Source of the DNA: Octopus vulgaris
Lineage: Eukaryota
Assembly: GCA_951406725.2 (NCBI GenBank)
Contig: OX597824.1
Span: forward strand, 26,164,001 to 26,228,000
Direction of reading: 5' to 3'
Length of the DNA stretch: 64,000 nt
Position 1 is the first letter of the stretch. Every line of letters begins with the position of its first letter. A program made the translations under genes and the position numbers. The notes under the pieces are model-generated. The model did no database searches and was not told where the DNA came from. It saw nothing but the letters and a program-made list of their open reading frames with translations. Positions 1 through 12,226 of the stretch are shown here, in pieces.

Positions 1-204
1 TTGCACATAGACACACATCAATGTATAGGAATGTCGACGAGCCGTTTATAAGGCTGAGCGCTTTATGGATGCAAAACCATTGGTCGTCCTATCCTACCAG
101 CCATAACGTTTAACTTCCTGTAAACACATTATTGTTTTAACGTTCAGTGTGCTTCTTTTTCAGATGTATGATCCCCTAGAAATGGTAAATTACAGGACTC
201 AGTA

Positions 205-755
205 TTTATTTATTTTTTATTTTTATTTTTATCTAGTTTCAGCTCACGAGCTGTGGCCATGCTGGGGCACCGCTATTTGGGGTTGCTACATGATTTTACT
301 TCACGAATGCTTTTTAGCAATTGCCATTTGCCGCATGAGAGAGTTCGATGCAGCTGCCCTCATCTGCACCTCCTGCCGTGAAGTTGGTTCATCTGGGACA
401 CCCGACAAGAAGAGATCCAGTTTTATTTTAAAGACATCTGCATCCACCCCATGCAGGTCTCTCAGGTTCTTCGGGAGGATATTGAAGAGCTGTGGGCCTC
501 TGAAGCCCAGGCTATCACAGTCCTACATCTTGATGGCAAATTTGGAGTCCTTGGCACTATGCAGTGACGCCCAGTTCTGGCATTTGTGTAACTCTCGATG
601 CCAAAGTTTGGGACAAGTCCTTCTAGGATCTTCCAGATGTATATTATGGCATATCTTTCTCGCCTACGCTCTAAAGAATAGAGTCTTAATCTCTTGAGTC
701 TTTCCCAGTAGCTTATATGCTGCACAGAGGCTATCTTCTTGTAGCTTCGTTGGAT
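205..755 (-). mobile_element. CR1-like LINE 3' fragment (5'-truncated)
   Basis: ORF 462-725 ([25 protein letters not shown]) is near-identical to the C-terminus of ORF 57560-59068. It has the same 3' terminal hairpin, then an (ATAAAA)-like tail. Confidence 0.9.
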
Positions 756-1170
756 ACTCTTTACTCTTTTATTCTTTTACTTGTTTCAGTCATTTGACTG
801 CAGCCATGCTGGAGCACTGCCTTTAGTCGAGCAAATCGACCCCGGGACTTATTCTTTGTAAGCCCAGTACTTATTCTATTGGTCTCTTTTGCCGAACCGC
901 TAAGTGACGCGGACATAAACACACCAGCATCGGTTGTCAAGCAATGCTAGGTGGACAAACACAGACACACTAACATATACACACACACTTATATATATAT
1001 ACATATATACGATAGGCTTCTTTCAGTTTCCGTCTACCAAATCCACTCACAAGAAGGCATTGGTCGGCCCGGGGCTATAGCAGAAGACACTTACCCAAGA
1101 TGCCACGCAGTGGGACTGAACCCGGAACCATGTGGTTGGTTAGCAAGCTACTTACCACACAGCCACTCCT
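756..1170 (-). mobile_element. tRNA-derived SINE family A (internal TA/TG microsatellite, CR1-like tail)
   Basis: A/B-box-like head TGGCTGTGTGG..GGTTCAGTCCC and tail GGTGCTCCAGCATGGC..CAGTCAAATGACTGAAACAAG. Other copies at about 2646-3050(+), 12021-12431(+), 16565-16961(+), 41770-42125(+), 42192-42610(+), 51880-52243(+), 54408-54799(-). Confidence 0.85.
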
Positions 1171-1604
1171 TGTAGATTGTTCATTGTAATTGAAAGGCTC
1201 CGATTTCCTGTGTTCAGAGTTACTAGCTTCCGATCATCAGCTTGTAAACCAAGCCTGCTTTTCTTTTGGAATATTTGTTTGGAATATTTCAAAGGAACAA
1301 GGTGTCAAGCTAGCAGAATTATCAGCATGCCCGGCACAATGCTTAGTGGCATTTTGTCTTTACGTTCTGAGTTCAAATTCCACTGAGGTCGACTTTATCT
1401 TACATCCTTTTGGGGTCAGTAAACTAAGTACCATTTGAGCACTGGGGTTGATGTGATCAACTGTACTCCTCCCTCGGGATTCCTGGCTTTGTGCCAAAAT
1501 TTGAAGTCAGCATTTCAAAAGTAAAGCAGGTTCAGTTGTCCAGCTGGTGATCAGAAGTATGTAACCCTCAGTACTGGATATTGGAGCTTTTCAGTTATAA
1601 AATA

Positions 1605-2256
1605 GGATCTTTTCCTTTTGAACGGCCGACAATTTCTAGTTAACTAAACACTTTCAAACTTCGTATACTGGTAGAATGTGTCAAAATAAAATATTTTTTT
1701 CTCTTGGCTTTCTTGAGAAAATTGTAATTTGTTTGTTTAACGTAGTTTAATTTTTCGAATTTTAATCAATCCTATGCTCTCTTTTGAGCTAAAATCATTT
1801 GCTGCGTCTAAAACTGAGACAACATCCTGTCACTAACCCTCAACCTAACCCTAACCCTAATTTTTTTTCTTAATTGTTATGCGTGTAAAAAAAAACAAAA
1901 GCAATGGAAAATAATTTAAACAATTAACAAACAAAATAATTCTATAATTTTATACACATGCTTTCCATACGTATATGTAACAATTAAATTAATTTAACAA
2001 TTAAGAAAAAAAAAATTAGGGTTAGTGACAGTTTTAGACGCAGCAAATGATTTTAGTTCAATGGAGGTAATCGATTGGTTAAAATTGCCGAAATGCTCGG
2101 ATTTTCAGACGAAATATCTTATAAACTATAGAATTTTCTCAATAAAACCAAGAGAAAATGATGTTTTATAAACACATTCTACCAGTATACGAAGTTTAAA
2201 ACTTTTTAGTTACCTAGAAATTATGTTACAAACTGCTGTTCAAAAGGAAAAGATCC
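1605..2256. mobile_element. Non-autonomous fold-back/MITE DNA transposon (possibly Mutator-like) with internal CCCTAA repeats
   Basis: Terminal inverted repeat GGATCTTTTCCTTTTGAAC and long imperfect inverted arms. Flanks ataaaata/ataatata (7/8) may be a target-site duplication. A second, one-armed copy lies at 29906-30262. Confidence 0.75.
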
Positions 2257-2645
2257 ATAATATATTAAATTGACATCAGTTAACGTCCATCATCCATGTC
2301 GGCATGGGTTAGATGGTTTGTCTCACAGACACAAAACAGACTTTTCTTTATTAAATCTGCTAAGACTGGTTAGTTGAGGGTTATAGAAGACACCTGTTCA
2401 AGATACCATGCAATGAGATTGAACCTGAAGCCAAGTAGTTAAGAAGTGAACTTCCCAACTACACAACTGTTCTTGCTTAATAATGTGTCTAGCATAAGCA
2501 CAAGCCTCTTTAGGGAAGTCAAATTAGTCAAAGCAATTGACCTCAATATTTGACTGGTATTTTATTTTATAGACAAAGATAAACTTCACCTCTGTGGGAT
2601 TTGAACTCAGGATGTAAAGAACCTCAAAAAATATTATCTTTCATA

Positions 2646-3050
2646 GGCGCAGGAGTGGCTGTGTGGTAAGTAGCTTGCGTACCAACCACATGGTTCCGGG
2701 TTTAGTCCCACTGCGTGGCACCTTAGGCAAATCTCTTCTACTCTAGCCTCGGGCTGACCAAAGCCTTGTGAGTGGATTTGGTAGACGGAAACTGAAAGAA
2801 GCCCGTTGCATATATATATATATATATATATATATAAATGTATGTGTGTGTAGAGGTTTGTATGTCTGTGTTTGTCCCCCCAACATCACTTGATAACCGA
2901 TGCTGGTGTGTTTACGTCTCCGTAACTTAGTGGTTTGGCAAACCGCTAGAATAAGTACTAGGCTTACCAAGAATTAGTCCTGGGGTCAATTTGCTTGACT
3001 AAAGGTGGTGCTCCAGCATGGCCACAGTCAAATGACTGAAACAAGTAAAT
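2646..3050 (+). mobile_element. SINE family A copy
   Basis: Full head, (TA)n/(TG)n middle and tail, as in 756-1170. Confidence 0.85.
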
Positions 3051-3359
3051 GTGTATTATCTTTTACTTGTTTAAGTCTCTTTGACTAGCCATGCTGGGTC
3101 ACCACCTAGAAGAATTTTCGTTGAACTAATCAACCCAAATACTTATTTTTTTAGACCTGGTACTTATTCTATCAGTCTCTTTTCCCAAACAGCTAAGTCA
3201 TAGGGACAAACATGGAAGTTATTTTTTTTCTTCTGAAGGTGCATTGCTTTGTGTTAGGGGCATTCGGCTCACAATCGTTATATTGGGGGTTTGGATTCTC
3301 GGTAGCATGTGTCCTTAAGCAAGACATTTTATTTTGCATTGCCCCAGCTGTGATACCAG

Positions 3360-3670
3360 TGCTAGTGGCACATAAGAGAACCCTCCGAACGTGGTCGTTG
3401 CCAGCGCTGCCCCGATTGGCTTCCGTGCCGGTGGCACGTAAAAAGCACCATCCGACCGTGGCTGTTGCCAGCCTCGTCTGGCACCTGTGCTGATAGCACG
3501 TAAAAAGCACCCACTACACTCATGGAGTGGTTGGCGTTAGGAAGGGTATCCAGCCGTAGAAACATTGCCAGATCAGACTGGGCCTGGTACAGCCTTGTGG
3601 CTTCCCAGACCCCAGTTGCACCGTCCAACCCATGCCAGCATGGAAAGTGGACGCTAAACGATGATGATGA
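3360..3670 (+). mobile_element. RTE-LINE-related 3'-end repeat (family C) with (GAT)n tail
   Basis: Tandem GGCACGTAAAAAGCACC units, then GGAGTGGTTGGCGTTAGGAAGGG..CCCATGC..GCATGGAAAG..GGACG..AAACGATGATGAT. Other copies at about 4093-4280, 4826-5090(-), 6020-6292, 7797-8161, 10010-10330, 10568-10940, 13820-14378, 22610-22941, 26800-27171. The same end follows RTE coding sequence at 17830-18436. Confidence 0.75.
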
Positions 3671-5278
3671 TGCCCCAGTCCACTCAGCTGGCAACAATGA
3701 GAAGTATCTGCAATTCAAAGGGCCAGCCGTGTCACATTTCGTGTCCAGCTGAATCTCCCTGAGAACTACATCTGGTTCTACCAGGTTCAGTCCCACTGCA
3801 TAGCACCTTGGGCAAGTGTCTTCTACTATAGTCTCGGGCTGACCAAAGCTTTGTGAGTGGATTTGATAGAAGCCTGTCGTATACATATATGTGTATGTAT
3901 ATGTTTGTCTGTTACCCCACCATCGCTTGACAACTGATGCCGATGTGTTTATGTTCCTGTAACTTAGTGGTTCAGCAAAAGATACCGACAGAATAAGTAT
4001 TAGACTTACAAAGAATAAGTCCTGAGGGCAATTTGTTTGACTAAAGGCGGTGCTCCAGTTAAATGACTGAAACAAGCAAAATATATATGTATCGGTGGCC
4101 CGTAAAAAGCACCCACTACACGGAGTGGTTGGCGTTAGGAAGGGCATCCAGCCATAGAAACATTGCCAGATCATACTGGACTTGGTGCAGCCTTCTGGCT
4201 TCCCAGACCCCAGTTGAACCGTCCAACCCATGCTAGCATGGAAAGCGGACGCTAAACGATGATGATGATGATGATGATGACACACACACAATAGGTCTTT
4301 TTCAGTTTCTATCTACCAAATTTACTCAAGGCTTAATTCAGCTTGGGGGCTATAGGAGAAAATGCCCAATGTGTTCTATAGTGGGACTGAAACCGAGACC
4401 ACATGGTTGGAAAGCAGGCTTTTTAAACACACAACTATGCCTGATTTCTTTATATATCTTAATGACAAACTTTTGTGCAGAGATGTAGACTGTAGTTGAT
4501 TAAAGCAATCAAATTTATTTTATTGATCCCTAGAAAGGATGGCAGGAAAAATTAACTTTGGCATTGAAAGGTTACAGCTCTGGTGCTATGGGCCATGAGA
4601 TTAGAATATCATAGGAAGGAATCACAAGACAAATTCTTCAAGCTGAGTCAACGAGTAAGGAGTAGACCCAAGAATAAGATGGTTGAACAATATTCATAGA
4701 CTTACTTGGTCATGTTTGGGAATCCAGGTAGAAAGTGTATCAATGGTTGATTTGGATAGGACTCTACCCCACATGACTCTCCCAAGAGTAGAGTGTGGAG
4801 AAGAAGGATGAATGGATTGGAAATCATCGTCATCATCGTTTAACGTCCGCTTTCCATGTTAGCATGGGTTGGACGGTTCAACTGGGGGCTGGGAAGCCCG
4901 AAGGCTGCACCAGGCTTCACTCTGATCTGGCAGTGTTTCTACAGCTGGATGCCCTTCCTAATGCCAACCACTCCATGAGTGTAGTGGGTGCTTTTTATGT
5001 GCCACCGGCATGGAGGCCAGGCGATGCGGTGCTGGCTACGGCCATGTTCGGATGGTTCTCTTATGTGTCACCGGCACTGGTATCACAACTACAAATTCCA
5101 TTGATGTTGATCGATTTTGATTTTCACTTGCCTCAACAGGTCTTCACAAGTAGAGTTTTGTGAAATGAAAGCATAAATTCATGTAATTAAAATACATAGT
5201 GTTTTCACCAGGTATTCTATCACCTGACAAGAATAATAGTAATAACAATACAATGACAACATTTGATACAGGTAACTC

Positions 5279-5284
5279 TTTATT
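5279..5284 (-). terminator. Candidate polyadenylation signal (AATAAA) of PMPCB
   Basis: tttatt on the + strand is AATAAA on the gene strand, about 130 nt past the stop codon. TG-rich sequence follows on the gene strand. Confidence 0.5.
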
Positions 5285-5411
5285 TATCCATAAAGAACCA
5301 CTACATCAATTGTGTGTGTGTGTGTGGTGTGAGAAAGTTGGTAAACATAAGGGGACTTCCATAACTTATTTCATCATGCTCAGATGATTTGCTATACAGT
5401 TTAGGTCTACA

Positions 5412-5476
5412 TTATAATCTGGCCCAGTACATACTACCACGGATACGATTGTAATCTGGTAACTGTTCAATAGGTC
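5412..5476 (-). CDS. PMPCB: PMPCB exon 12 (last coding exon)
   Basis: Acceptor tttcag|GA; [23 protein letters not shown] at 5414-5412. Confidence 0.94.
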
Positions 5477-8400
5477 CTGAAATGATAAGAAGAAGAAACA
5501 TGTACAGAGACTCTTGAAATGATAAATAACAAAAAACAAAACAAAATTCAAACATTTTCCTTTGACCCTTTTATAATTAACATGGCCTAGTGGTTAGAGC
5601 AGTGCACTTGCGGTCGAGGGATCGTGGGTTCGAATCTCAGACCGGGCGATGTGTGTGTTTTATGAGTGAAACACCTAAGCTCCACGCGGCTCCGGCAGAA
5701 GGTAATGGCGAACTTTTGCTGAGTCTTTCAACACAACTTTCACTCTTTCTTCCAGCATCTTGCAGCTCACCTGCGACAGACTGGCGTCCCATCCAGGTGG
5801 GGAACCTATACGCCAAGGAAACTGGGAAACCGGCCCTTATGAGCCAGGCATGGCTCAAGAAGGAACAATTAACAAAGCACACTGTTCAAGGAGTTTCAGT
5901 TGATATTTTAACCGTGTTGTTATGATATTTCCATTGAAATACACTGCCTTTATTTCAATTAATTTTGAATTAATGAAAGATTTAGTGAAATAACTATAAT
6001 TATCGAAATCAAATTCAATGACTGGCATTCGCGCTAGTGGGATGAAAAGAGCACCATCCGAGCGTGATTGCTGACAGAGCGGCTGACTGGCTTCTGTGCC
6101 AGTGGCACGTAAAAGCACCATTCGAGCAAGGTCGTTGCCAGTACCACCCACTACACTCTAGGAGTGGTTAGGAAGGGCATCCAGCTGTAGAAACTCAGCC
6201 TGATCAAGATTGGAGCCTGGCGCAGCCATCTGGTTCGCCAGTCCTCAGTCAAATCGTCCAACCCATGCTAGCGGACGTTAAACGATGATGATTAAGTTTG
6301 TGTTTGGAACATAAATTAACATGAAATTGTGATGAGAAGTTTTAATTCAGATCCTTTAAAAACTGGAAGTTTTTTCAAAGGACCAAGGGCAGGATCAAGT
6401 GGGTTGGTATCAAAAGGGTTATGACAATTAAGAGTTTGGTGGAATTTTGCAAAGTACTGTATTTACTTGTGTATGTGTCACTAAGTTATACTTAATTTTA
6501 AATGGACAAAAATGGTGTGTGATATATATTATTAGGAATTGGATAAAAAAGAAATGTTAAAATATTTTGTGTATGTAGAAGTATGACCAATTTATTGCCG
6601 ATAAATCTTAGCAAAATCTTATATGGACCCTCACTGAGAATCACTGAGCAGCAATAAAAAGACAAAGGCACACACCATATACACACTCATAACTACTCAC
6701 CTACAGCAGCCACAGCAGGGCACTGATCATACAAATACTTGGTACATACTGATTTGATGGTTTCTGCATCTACAGCCTGTAGAAAGAGAGAGAGAAAAAA
6801 AACACAGGGTAAGATATGTGAGTAGAAGAGATTTGTTTAAAAGGTATTTACTGTGATATTTTAAACTGACATATTATCACGAGGATATGAGACTCAAGGC
6901 AGACCTTGAAGAGAGGAGGCATGCCATTGATAAAGCTGCAAATAGCAATGAAAAGACTTTGACTAACATATTTTATTGTTTAAAGACTAAAGAGCCCCTC
7001 CAGTCATGAATGACTATGAGATTGCACCTATGAAGTTCCCTGCTGAGGCACAAGTCCAGGCAAGGTTGTTTATGGGAAGACCAGCAGTTACTCATACATA
7101 CCAACCCTTCCTCTCCATGTCCCTGATGTTATCCAAGAGAAAGGCAAAGACCGATACAGCTTGGTACCAGTGACGTCACAACTCATTTCTACAGCTGAGT
7201 GAACTGGAGCAATGTGAAATAAAGTATCTTGCTCAAGAACACAACACATAGCCCAGTCCGGGAATTGAACTCAATACCTCATGATTGTGAGCCTGACACT
7301 AACAACTGAGCCATGCACTTTCACTTTATTGTTTAACCAACATATTACACAAACGATCGATTAGTTGGCTGAATAGATATTAAACCGAATGACTAACAAG
7401 AAAGAAGTGATATTGAGCTAGTGTGTGTGTGTGTGTTATTAGTGAAATGACCCTCCTAAAACACAACAAAATCTTATAGTAATGATAAATATATAGTGTA
7501 GAGTCCAAAACCAGTAATTCTTGTCTGGTACTTTATTTTATCAACCCCGAAGGAATGAAAGGCAGAGTTGACCTTGGTTGAATTTAAGGAGTTGCAAGAA
7601 ATGCTACAAAGCATTTTGTCCAACACACTACCAATTCTACTGGTTTGATGTCTTACAATAATGAAAAGCTTTTGAGAGTTTAAAAAACTATACAGATGAT
7701 TGTGTTGGTAAAGTGATGGGTAGAGGTGGCTCTGTTTGGATTGAACTGTAGGGATGGTGTTTAGAAGGCTGATGAGCGGAGATAGTATTTGTGGGTTGAG
7801 TCAAGTACATCAACATCAAATGGAAATTGTAGTTGTGATACCTGTGCCAGTGGCATGTAAAAAGCACCATCCAAACGTGGCCGATGCCAGTGCCACCTTG
7901 ACTGGCTTCTGTGCCAGTGGCACATAAAAAGCACCAACCAATCGTGACCGCTGCCAGCCTCCCCTGGCACCTGTGCTGGTGGCATGTGAAAAGCACCCAC
8001 TACACTCACGGAGTGGTTGGCATTAGGAAGGGCATCCAGCAGTAGAAACACTGCCAGATCAGAATGGAGCCTGGTGCAGCCCCCTGGCTTCCCAGACCCC
8101 GGTCGAACTGTCCAACCCGTGCTAGCACAGAAAACGGACGTTAAACGATGATGATGATGATGGGTGAAAGTGAGGGTGCTACAAAAAACTTACATCAATC
8201 CTTGCATCCAGTTCTGGTAATGGAATCCTTCGGCCATAACAAAGCATTTGCCTGAAAAGAGAAAAGTACAAATGAAAGTTTGAGTGTGAATAAGACAATG
8301 AAACTATGTGTGAGGGCTAGTGAAAGAACGAAAGCTTGTTTATGGATGATATATTGTAGTAAAGCCTTCAGTTGATCCCTAAATGAATGAAAAAAGATCA

Positions 8401-11400
8401 TCTATTACTAGCAGTATTGCCTGGCGTTGCTCAGGTTTGTAAGGGAAATAACTATATAGGCATTTTTAGAGAGTTATAGCCAAAAAATGGGAAAAAAATG
8501 ATGGTAAATTTTTTTAAAAATCGTTGACTCATCGTAGACATTTTTAGAGAGTTACTTCCCTTATATGATAGCGAAAAAATGCATTAAAATGGAAAAAAAT
8601 GGTAAATTTTTTTTTAAATCGTAGACTCATTGTAGACGCGCGCTAATACCCAGTTTTGGTTAAACTGCACCGCAAAATGTGTGAGTAGTTAGGAATCTAA
8701 ATCGTAGGAGACAGACACACAACTTCTCTTTTATATATAAAGATTTGGATCCATGACCATCTTAGACTAGTAGTATGGTACCTTAAGCACCACACCAAAT
8801 ATCCTCTCAACCTTCTTGGCAAAAATACTGAAGTTAATCCATGAAATTTTGCAGTGATGTTACACTCATACACAACATCGTTGTCATGACAATTAGTCTC
8901 AGAAGCCATTGGGTTATATGATTAACACTGAAGATTTCACCAATCAACCAACCAACCAGCCTCCCTGTCCAGGCTTTGCAACAGGACTAACTATTTACAA
9001 TAGATAATGTCATACAGTGTGGAGGGAATAAATGTTGATGCTTGTCAGTTAAGGTACTTTATAGAGAGATCTTCATTTCAGTTTTTGTTGTTTTCATCCA
9101 TTTTCCACACTGCTATACTTAATCCCAGTTTCATTGCATGTCTTAAGAGGCAACTAAAAGGAGAACTGGTTGTAGAATACTGCCCCTGAAGGCAAAAAAA
9201 AAAAAAAAAATCTCCACCCAACCCATGCTAACATGGAAAAATGGACGTAAAACAATGATAATGAAGATACACTGTATTTACTAGGGTATAAATATTTTAT
9301 ACTTGATTTTCACTATAAAAACTGGGATGTGACATAAGCTAAAACTATGAGATGTAAAGGAGGAACAATGGCCCAGTGGTTAGAGCAGTGGACTCGCGGT
9401 TTCGATTCCCAGACCGGGCGTTGTGTGTGTTTATTGAGTGAAAACACATAAAAGCTCCACGAGGCTCTGGCAGGGGGTGGTGGCGACCCCTGTTGTACTC
9501 TTTCACCACAACTTTCTCTCTCTCTTCCTGTTTCTTGAGTAACGCGACGATGGACTGGCATCCTGTCCAGCTGGGGGGAACACATACGCCACAGAAACCA
9601 GGCCCATGAACCTGGTTAGGCTTGAAAAGGGCGACGTTTATCGTTTATGAGATGTAAAAGATTTTGTATCAAGATTTAACACTAAATTAGTGGGCAGAGC
9701 AATTTACACACAATTACAGTTTGTATTGGATGACCTCTCTTACTGCCAAACACTCAGCTGTGAAGGAAGAGAGGAACCAGTTCTAGTGCCGGTCAAGAAA
9801 ACTGGAACGGATGAGAAGGTATGGTTTTGGATCATGGACTTGTTGGTCAGTAGTCCAATATCTTAACCCTCAAAGTTACTGATTACTAAATAAAATCTGA
9901 CATAACAGTAATGTGCTTTAATAGCCTATTAGACCAGAAACAGGTGTGGGGTACCAATGTAGGGTGCAATATTTTTTGGTATGTAAGACAATATAGTGTT
10001 TAGTATAAACACCGGCATGGGGGCCAGGCGAGGCTGGCATCCGATCGTGGTCGTTCCCAGCCATGCCTGGCCCCCGTGCCGGTGGCACGTAAAAAGCACC
10101 ATCCGACCATGGCCGTTTGCCAGCCCCTCGGGCACCTGTGCTAGTGACACGTAAAAAGCACCCACTACACTCACAGAGTGGTTGGTGTTAGGAAGGGCAT
10201 CCAGCCGTAGAAACATTGCCAGATCAGACTGGGCCTAGTGCAGCCTTCTGGCTTCCCAGACCCCAGTTGAACCGTCCAACCCATGCTAGCATGGAAAGCG
10301 GATGCTAAATGATGATGATGATGATGATGATTCAAGCATTGTTACTATTTATCCAAAACCTGCAGCATTTCACATCAAATTTTTGGTCTGCCAAAGTTGT
10401 CTTGGTGTCTAAGTCGACCAACATAATTGTGTGTGTAAATTTTGCTCTGAAGAATTCAATCTGTATGTCGGAAAATACATCGATAGCAGTGGTGGTGGTG
10501 GTGGCTATAATCACACAACCTGACTCAGCAGGAAAAACACAAACGAATCAAAAAAGTCTATTTAACGAGTCAAGTACATCAACATCAAAATAAAAATCAA
10601 ATGGAAATTGTAGTTGTGATACCTGTGCCAGTGGCATGTAAAAAGCACCATCTGAACGTGGCTGATGCCAGCGCCGCCTTGACCGGCTTCCGTACCGGTG
10701 GCACGTAAAAAGCACCAACCGATTGTGGCTGTTGCCAGCCTCCACAGGCACCTGTGCTGGTGAAACGTAAAAAGCACCCACTACACTCCCGGAGTGGTTG
10801 GCGTTAGGAAAGGCATCCAGCTGTAGAAACACTGCCAGATCAGACTGGAGTTTGGTGCAGCCTCCTGGCTTCCCAGACCCCGGTCGAACCGTCCAACCCA
10901 TGCTAGCATGGAAAACGGACGTTAAACCATGATGATGATGAATGACAATAATACTGACCTGCCAATGTCTTCACATATAGGAGTGGAACCATCAAGCTGA
11001 AGGAGAAGGTTTGTCTTCAACAAATTCTTAGCTCTCTGAATTTCAAAGTCAGTCACGTTGTTACAGAGACGCATCCTGTGAAGAAAAATAGAGGGAAACA
11101 GTTTCACAACATTTCTGCAATATATTTTCGCTGTGTGCTAATCCAACCAATTATTCTCCTGGTCATGGAGACAATAACAGCGATGATGATGATGATGATG
11201 ATGATGCTGAAAAGCAACTTACCATTCATTCTGTATGTTGAAGATCATGTCATCAATTGAAAGTTTCTCTGACACAAAGTAGATGCCCCACATCCCGGTG
11301 TCTGTGTAACAGGTATTGAAGGCCTGGAAGCTGTGGCAGAGGTTGCCTCTGGCAGAATTGCTAGCTAAACGCCCAGCCAAATTGGCACCGCCGCCATGAC

Positions 11401-12178
11401 TGCGATCCCAGCTGCCAATCAGAGTGTTGGCCACCATTAAAGCAATATTGTCCGCATTACTCCAGCCACATCCTTCCACTGCCAAAGCAACATGAGCCAA
11501 TGGCATGTCGTCATCACGTACACGAATCTGCGAAGAAATCAAAGTTAAACATAAACTTACTGGTACATTATATATGAACACACACACACTGGTAATTATG
11601 CATAAATACACAAACACACTTTGGTCCACTACATATATATATATATATATATGAAGTGTAGACGGCATTTTCTGTTGCTCCTTCGCCGTTCTCAAAAATA
11701 GCGTTCGTAATACTTTTTTCTCGTTCAGCTTAACAGCCCTTCTTGTCTTGTTATTCTCCTTGTCCTGTCTTTTACTGTTTATATTTTGTACTGTCGTTAC
11801 TGTCCTGTTTTTGTTACCATTTTTACCCCTCCGCAAAAAGATCTCAAATTTTATTTAATTTGTTTTTCGCGGGAAGGAAAGTTTCTATTGAAGATGCATA
11901 TCGCCTTCACCTTCGAAACGCAGAGTAGATGAAACCATGGCGACTGAAGAAGGGGAATTTTCCTTGTGTTATTTGTCCTGTACTCTTTTTATGTTTTTTT
12001 TTTGTTTAAGAAAAATGTCCAGGAGTGGCTGTGTGGTAAGTAGCTTGCTAACCAACCACATGGTTCCGGGTTCAGTCCCACTGCGTGGCATCTTGGGCAA
12101 GTGTCTTCTGCTATAGCCCCGGGCCGACCAATGCCTTGTGAGTGGATTTGGTAGATGGAAACTGAAAGAAGCCTGTCG

Positions 12179-12226
<48 letters not shown>

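Noticed and set aside
149-697. 182-aa plus-strand ORF
   Set aside because: It is the antisense reading of the CR1-like LINE fragment.
11896-11962. GAAAC and CUGAAGA in permuted order, suggesting a type II hammerhead
   Set aside because: Stem I cannot form next to the core and the best pairings overlap the core. At most an uncertain pseudoknot inside a repeat.
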